From positions 1 to 11,900 of the forward strand of contig JBMFLH010000058.1 of assembly GCA_049971295.1 (NCBI GenBank): a DNA stretch of 11,900 nucleotides, given 5' to 3'. Source of the stretch: Candidatus Ratteibacteria bacterium. GTDB taxonomy: Bacteria; Ratteibacteria; UBA8468; B48-G9; DTJG01. Made by a program: the position numbers and the translations under genes. The notes beneath the pieces are model-generated. The model did not search any database. It was not told the origin of the DNA and worked only from the letters and a program-made list of their open reading frames with translations. Positions 8,570 to 11,900 of this stretch are shown here, one piece after another. Each line of letters starts with the position of its first letter. Position 1 is the first letter of the stretch.

Positions 8570-9085
8570 GCTCCAGTACGGTGGTCATGGGGAGCCGATA
8601 CTAGTTCGTGGAATGCGAGTGACTTTCTTCGTACATTGTTAAAACAGCATTACCTTACGGGTGGGAGATTAATCTGGAACAATGGCGTGGGTGGGCCTGG
8701 TTCGTATATTTACGACGCAGAAGGTGTTGTGATCTGCCCGGATGTTAAAGCGCGTGGGTACTTTCGCACCATTTGGACCGTAGCTGATTATGGGTACAAT
8801 TATTATCTTGAGATAGACCTTGATAATCCAGGGAGTACGACCAACTTCAGGAAATTGGCCAAGGTGCCAAAACCGGCCGAAACAGCGCTTTTTATGGAAA
8901 ATGCGTATGCGCAGCGTCACTGGTGGGTTGATTCTTATTACATGACAATAGGTGATATTACCTGGTGGGACGGTGCATACTATTTTGGTCGTCACTTTGA
9001 TTATCCATTTATCAATACAGTATTTGTGGATGGCCATGTGGAGGCATGCAACAAGGAGAAATTTTCTACAGTGTTTCATCCGTAA
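8570..9085 (+). pseudogene. 5'-truncated fragment of a prepilin-type N-terminal cleavage/methylation protein with H-X9-DG-type C-terminus (DUF1559-like)
   Basis: Frame is open from 8558 to TAA 9083-9085. Contains VICP, PAETALFME and the C-terminal GRHFDYPFINTVFVDGHVE (H-X11-DG variant). The prepilin leader (FTLIELLVV..) and a credible start/RBS are absent; in-frame TGA at 8555. Confidence 0.75.
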
Positions 9086-9116
9086 TTTCCTGAAGTTGGA
9101 GTGCCAGTGCAATATC

Positions 9117-9140
9117 GGGGCGGAGAAATCCGCCCCCTAC
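9117..9140 (-). repeat. GTAG-type REP-like palindrome; may also act as a terminator for the upstream genes
   Basis: + strand reads GGGGCGGA-GAAA-TCCGCCCC-CTAC. The minus strand is GTAG followed by a perfect 8-bp stem. On + it is followed by ATTTTTATT. Confidence 0.7.
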
Positions 9141-9175
9141 ATTTTTATTGTAGCATAGCAGTGAAAGCTGGAATA

Positions 9176-9203
9176 TCAGGAAGGAGGCATCACTCCTGCC
9201 TGA
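9176..9203. repeat. Imperfect inverted repeat between the two REP-like units
   Basis: TCAGGAAGGAG-GCATCA-CTCCTGCCTGA, 10 of 11 bp paired. AATATC (9172-9177) leads into it, as it does into the first hairpin (9111-9116). Confidence 0.55.
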
Positions 9204-9212
9204 AGCAGGTCT

Positions 9213-9236
9213 GTAGGGGTTTGATTTATCAAACCC
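9213..9236 (+). repeat. GTAG-type REP-like palindrome
   Basis: GTAG-GGGTTTGAT-TT-ATCAAACCC, a perfect 9-bp inverted repeat directly after GTAG. Confidence 0.7.
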
Positions 9237-9437
9237 GCAAGTTTCTTTCAGCAGTGCAGCAGGATTCTGATGGGCGCCGGGTGTGTGTTATAGTAAATCC
9301 TCACTCAACGCCATCACCTGGTTGCAGGGAAACTATCTTCTGATATAACAGATTGATTTTAACAGATGTCTCCACACATTTCCTTAAAAGTGTCCCATCC
9401 ATACTCGGAATCTATAAACATCTTAAACTAAAAAAAG

Positions 9438-9466
9438 TTGACAAAAAACCCACAAGGTTGTATAAA
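9438..9466 (+). promoter_or_regulatory. Near-consensus sigma70 promoter
   Basis: TTGACA (9438-9443), 17-bp spacer, TATAAA (9461-9466), with an A-tract just upstream (UP-element-like). Confidence 0.7.
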
Positions 9467-9472
9467 CAGTAT

Positions 9473-9640
9473 ATGAATACAAGAAAGGTTTCATTAAAGC
9501 AAAATCTGTTTTCACGTCTATATATTCAGAACTTTTCCCCAAACGATGGTAATGTCAGAGAAGTTATGGCATTGAGTATGGCACCCTTCATCCCAGTTAT
9601 ATCCAAAAAGAAATCTTATCGCCCAGTTTCTTTTCCATAA
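9473..9640 (+). CDS. Possible leaderless small protein (55 aa), no recognisable family
   Basis: ATG 9473 lies 7 nt after the -10 box, at the expected +1; open to TAA 9638-9640; no RBS and no recognisable homology. Confidence 0.25.
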   Translation: MNTRKVSLKQNLFSRLYIQNFSPNDGNVREVMALSMAPFIPVISKKKSYRPVSFP

Positions 9641-9659
9641 CGGAAGAGAAGAAAAACCA

Positions 9660-9722
9660 CCCCCATCCCTCTGTCTTGATGGGGAAGGCGAGGTGAGGGT
9701 GAATGGGGGAAGGGGGCAGAGG
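9660..9722. repeat. C-rich/G-rich palindromic intergenic element with four G-tracts
   Basis: CCCCATC-N10-GATGGGG stem (9661-9684); G-tracts at 9681-84, 9697-99, 9705-09 and 9712-16. Resembles a degenerate CCCTC..GGGGAGGG..GGTGAGGGT intergenic repeat. Confidence 0.5.
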
Positions 9723-9819
9723 AGAAGGTGTAGTGTTTAATTGTTCCGGATTATACAATAGGAAAAAGAACGATCGGTCAAATCTTTTGGCAGAACCCAA
9801 ACGATAACCAGGAGACAAT

Positions 9820-10827
9820 ATGAGGAAAATATTATGTTTAATTGTTACTGGGTTGTTTTTGTGTGTTGTAAGCGTTTTTGCTCAGGAAGGTTATTTGAGA
9901 ATCACAAGTAATCCTGAATCTGCTTCTGTTGAAATTGCAGGAAAGAGCATTGGCAAGACGCCTGTCCTGACAGCATTAAAACCAGGGAAATACGTCTACA
10001 AGGTTAGTTTGAGTGGTTATGAACAAGTTTCAGGCACAGCAGAAGTTATTGAAAATGAGGTTACCATCGTTAATCTTACGCTTGTGAAACAGGTTCAAAA
10101 AGCGCCTGCTGTCAAAAAGATTGAACCTGCAAAAGGAGGTCTGACAATTATCACTGACTGGCAGGACGTGGCAATTTACCTCAATGGTCATAAAATTGAC
10201 AGGACACCTCCTGTTACAATCAAGGATATTCCGGCTGGAATAAACAGGGTGATTCTTATCAGTGGTGATTATGCTGATTCATTCCATATTCTTGTGCAAC
10301 CGGGTAAGACAAGCGTATTGAAAAAGAACTTTGAAGAGGACAGAAAAAAATACGAAGCGCAGATGACAACTGTCGACACCACTATTGTTGAAACACCCGT
10401 TGAGGTGAAAAAAAGCATGCTTCCAGCAAAGGTAATTTTGCGACTCGGGACTACAGCGAGTACAGATTCAAAAAAACAGGATACAACAATTATTGGTGAA
10501 AGTGATGAAATAGAAGTAAGTTTTCAGTACAGGAAGGCCGGCGCAGATGAATGGAACACAAAAACACTCCAATCAGGAACAAAGGCGGAAGATTCTTTTG
10601 AAATAGAAAAAGGGACCTATGAAATACAACTGGTTGCAACTCATTACAGGGTTCCAACAGGACTGTTGAATGTATTGCTGACAAAGAAAGAAAAAATCAG
10701 GGAATATAAAGAATCTATCAGAAAAGAGATTCTGCCAGATGTTCAATATACCTATACAATCTCATATGACGGCAAGGATTTTGTTTATAAACTTGAAGAA
10801 TTAAGGCTTAACACACCAGTTAAGTAA
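9820..10827 (+). CDS. Secreted PEGA domain-containing protein
   Basis: Sec signal peptide (MRKILCL..VFA/Q). PEGA-1: GYLRITSNPESASVEI.G..IGKTP..LKPGKY..SLSGYE. PEGA-2: GGLTIIT..VAIYLNG..TPPVTIKDIPAG. RBS AGGAG at 9810-9814. Confidence 0.88.
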   Translation: MRKILCLIVTGLFLCVVSVFAQEGYLRITSNPESASVEIAGKSIGKTPVLTALKPGKYVYKVSLSGYEQVSGTAEVIENEVTIVNLTLVKQVQKAPAVKKIEPAKGGLTIITDWQDVAIYLNGHKIDRTPPVTIKDIPAGINRVILISGDYADSFHILVQPGKTSVLKKNFEEDRKKYEAQMTTVDTTIVETPVEVKKSMLPAKVILRLGTTASTDSKKQDTTIIGESDEIEVSFQYRKAGADEWNTKTLQSGTKAEDSFEIEKGTYEIQLVATHYRVPTGLLNVLLTKKEKIREYKESIRKEILPDVQYTYTISYDGKDFVYKLEELRLNTPVK

Positions 10828-10855
10828 ATATTAGTTTATGTGGGTTATGATAAAG

Positions 10856-10945
10856 ATGATAAAGGAATTTAAAAAATTGACTATGAAGGGAATATTGTTG
10901 ATATGGAAATTGGCATTATCATAGGCGCGGCACTTTGGAAAATTG
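10856..10945 (+). pseudogene. mscL: Remnant of the 5' end of large-conductance mechanosensitive channel MscL
   Basis: Correcting a -1 shift near 10889-10891 and a +1 at 10933 gives [29 protein letters not shown], matching the MscL N-terminus (M.[26 protein letters not shown]). The rest of the gene is absent. Confidence 0.8.
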
Positions 10946-11039
10946 AAAGAGTTGATTTTTCATTATTAGAAGGTAGAATAATAATGAAAACGGTTTCAGG
11001 GATTTCCCCTGGATAATATTTAAAAAGAAAGGGGGTTTT

Positions 11040-11900
11040 ATGAAGGGAAGAATTGCAGTTTTGTTGATTGTGGTAAGTATGTTGCTTTTTGTGGGCATTG
11101 CTAAAGCCCAGACAGTGTCGCCTGAAAAAATCCTTCCTCAGGATTTTTCATGGTACGGCAAATCTGGAGCGCAGAGTCAGCCTGTGTACGATGCAGAAAG
11201 AAATGGTTTCTGGTGGAATCCTGAAAAAGCGCCTGAAAAAATGGAAAATGTTCAATGGGGAAATAGAGGATACATATACGTTGGACAAAAAAAACCGAAG
11301 CCAGTCGACCCGGAAGAAGCAGCAGTGATTAGTGTAAGAAAACCCATACAAAAGACCATAACAGGGAACAAGTGGTGCGATTTTTGTACTCCCGGAAAGA
11401 AAACTGTTTATGTGGATAAAATAATTGAGAAACCGGTTGAAAAAATCGTCTATGTTGAAAAGCCAGTTGAAAAAATTATTGAGAAACCGGTTGAAAAGAT
11501 TGTGTATGTTGATAGGCCGGTTGAAAAAATTGTTGAGAAACCGGTTGAAAAAATCGTCTATGTTGAAAAGCCAGTTGAAAAAATTGTTGAAAAACAGAAA
11601 ACGCTTTCACTTAATTTGAAGGATGTGTATTTTGCCTGGGATAGTTCCAAACTTTCTACTGTGGCATTGAAAACATTGAAAGAAAACGCTGAAATTCTAC
11701 GCGCAAATCCTGGCGTAAAAGTGTTGCTTATTGGTTCTGCGTCTCCTGAAGGAACAATAGAATACAACAAAAAACTTTCAGCCCGTCGCGTCAAAGCAGT
11801 GTTTGATTATCTGACAACCAGAGAGAAAGTTGGCGCCAGCCAGCTCAAAACAGAAGCAGAAGGTGCCATTGAAGTGCCAAAGGAATCCTGGCCTATTGCA
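11040..11900 (+). CDS. OmpA-family (OmpA_C-like) secreted protein with Val/Glu/Lys/Pro-rich repeat linker; runs off the window end
   Basis: Not in the ORF track because there is no stop in the window. ATG 11040 follows AAAGGGGG, with 287 open codons. Signal peptide ends AKA/Q. C-terminal DVYFAWDSSKL..LKENAEILRANP..VLLIGSASPEG..YNKKLSARRV is an OmpA_C signature. Confidence 0.9.
   Translation, partial: MKGRIAVLLIVVSMLLFVGIAKAQTVSPEKILPQDFSWYGKSGAQSQPVYDAERNGFWWNPEKAPEKMENVQWGNRGYIYVGQKKPKPVDPEEAAVISVRKPIQKTITGNKWCDFCTPGKKTVYVDKIIEKPVEKIVYVEKPVEKIIEKPVEKIVYVDRPVEKIVEKPVEKIVYVEKPVEKIVEKQKTLSLNLKDVYFAWDSSKLSTVALKTLKENAEILRANPGVKVLLIGSASPEGTIEYNKKLSARRVKAVFDYLTTREKVGASQLKTEAEGAIEVPKESWPIA
11427..11588 (+). 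repeat. Intragenic tandem repeat, 3 x 54 bp, encoding EKPVEKIVYV[E/D][K/R]PVEKI[I/V]
   Basis: Units start at 11427, 11481 and 11535. Units 1 and 3 differ at 1 nt; unit 2 differs from unit 3 at 6 nt, 4 of them synonymous. Confidence 0.92.

Noticed and set aside
8636..9085. 149-aa ORF as a complete gene starting at TTG 8636
   Set aside because: No RBS, the reading frame continues upstream to the breakpoint near 8570, and the family normally has a prepilin N-terminus.
9101..9343. 80-aa ORF across the hairpin cluster, considered as a RAYT or IS200 transposase remnant
   Set aside because: No HUH motif or other transposase signature; it reads through palindromic DNA from a GTG start.
9141..9420. 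Possible tRNA, riboswitch or other known ncRNA
   Set aside because: No cloverleaf/T-loop or recognisable riboswitch consensus by eye; an Rfam scan would be needed to exclude it.
9353..9472. Upstream extension of the 9353..9640 ORF
   Set aside because: TTG start without an RBS, and it spans the promoter at 9438-9466; ATG 9473 is the only plausible start.
11427..11588. Regular repeats as a possible CRISPR array
   Set aside because: The units are contiguous with no unique spacers, are a multiple of 3, vary mostly at synonymous sites and lie inside a CDS; no cas genes are present.
11089..11794. Track ORFs 11089..11328, 11148..11351, 11425..11619 and 11558..11794
   Set aside because: Alternative-frame or antisense shadows of the OmpA-like CDS starting at 11040; the repeats in 11425..11619 simply mirror the DNA repeat.

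Overview
AT-rich bacterial chromosomal segment with every credible gene on the + strand. It opens with a 5'-truncated acr3 arsenite exporter. A near-consensus sigma70 promoter then leads into a tightly packed run: stand-alone CoaC-like flavoprotein, class III PLP aminotransferase, Gfo/Idh/MocA oxidoreductase, rpsP-trmD-rplS (no khpA/rimM), yraN-comM and a BNR/sialidase-like protein. A decayed accessory stretch (about 8.34-9.8 kb) follows. It holds a DUF72 pseudogene fused to a headless but stop-free fragment of a prepilin-associated H-X9-DG protein, GTAG-type REP-like hairpins, a strong promoter with a possible leaderless 55-aa ORF, and a G-rich palindromic element. The window ends with a secreted PEGA-domain protein, a short mscL remnant and a partial OmpA-family protein that is missing from the ORF track and carries 54-bp tandem repeats encoding alveolin-like EKPVEKIV repeats. 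The H-X9-DG family hints at a PVC-type or candidate-phylum host (inference only). No complete novel system is demonstrable; the best leads are the headless H-X9-DG fragment with its flanking elements and the repeat-bearing OmpA protein.
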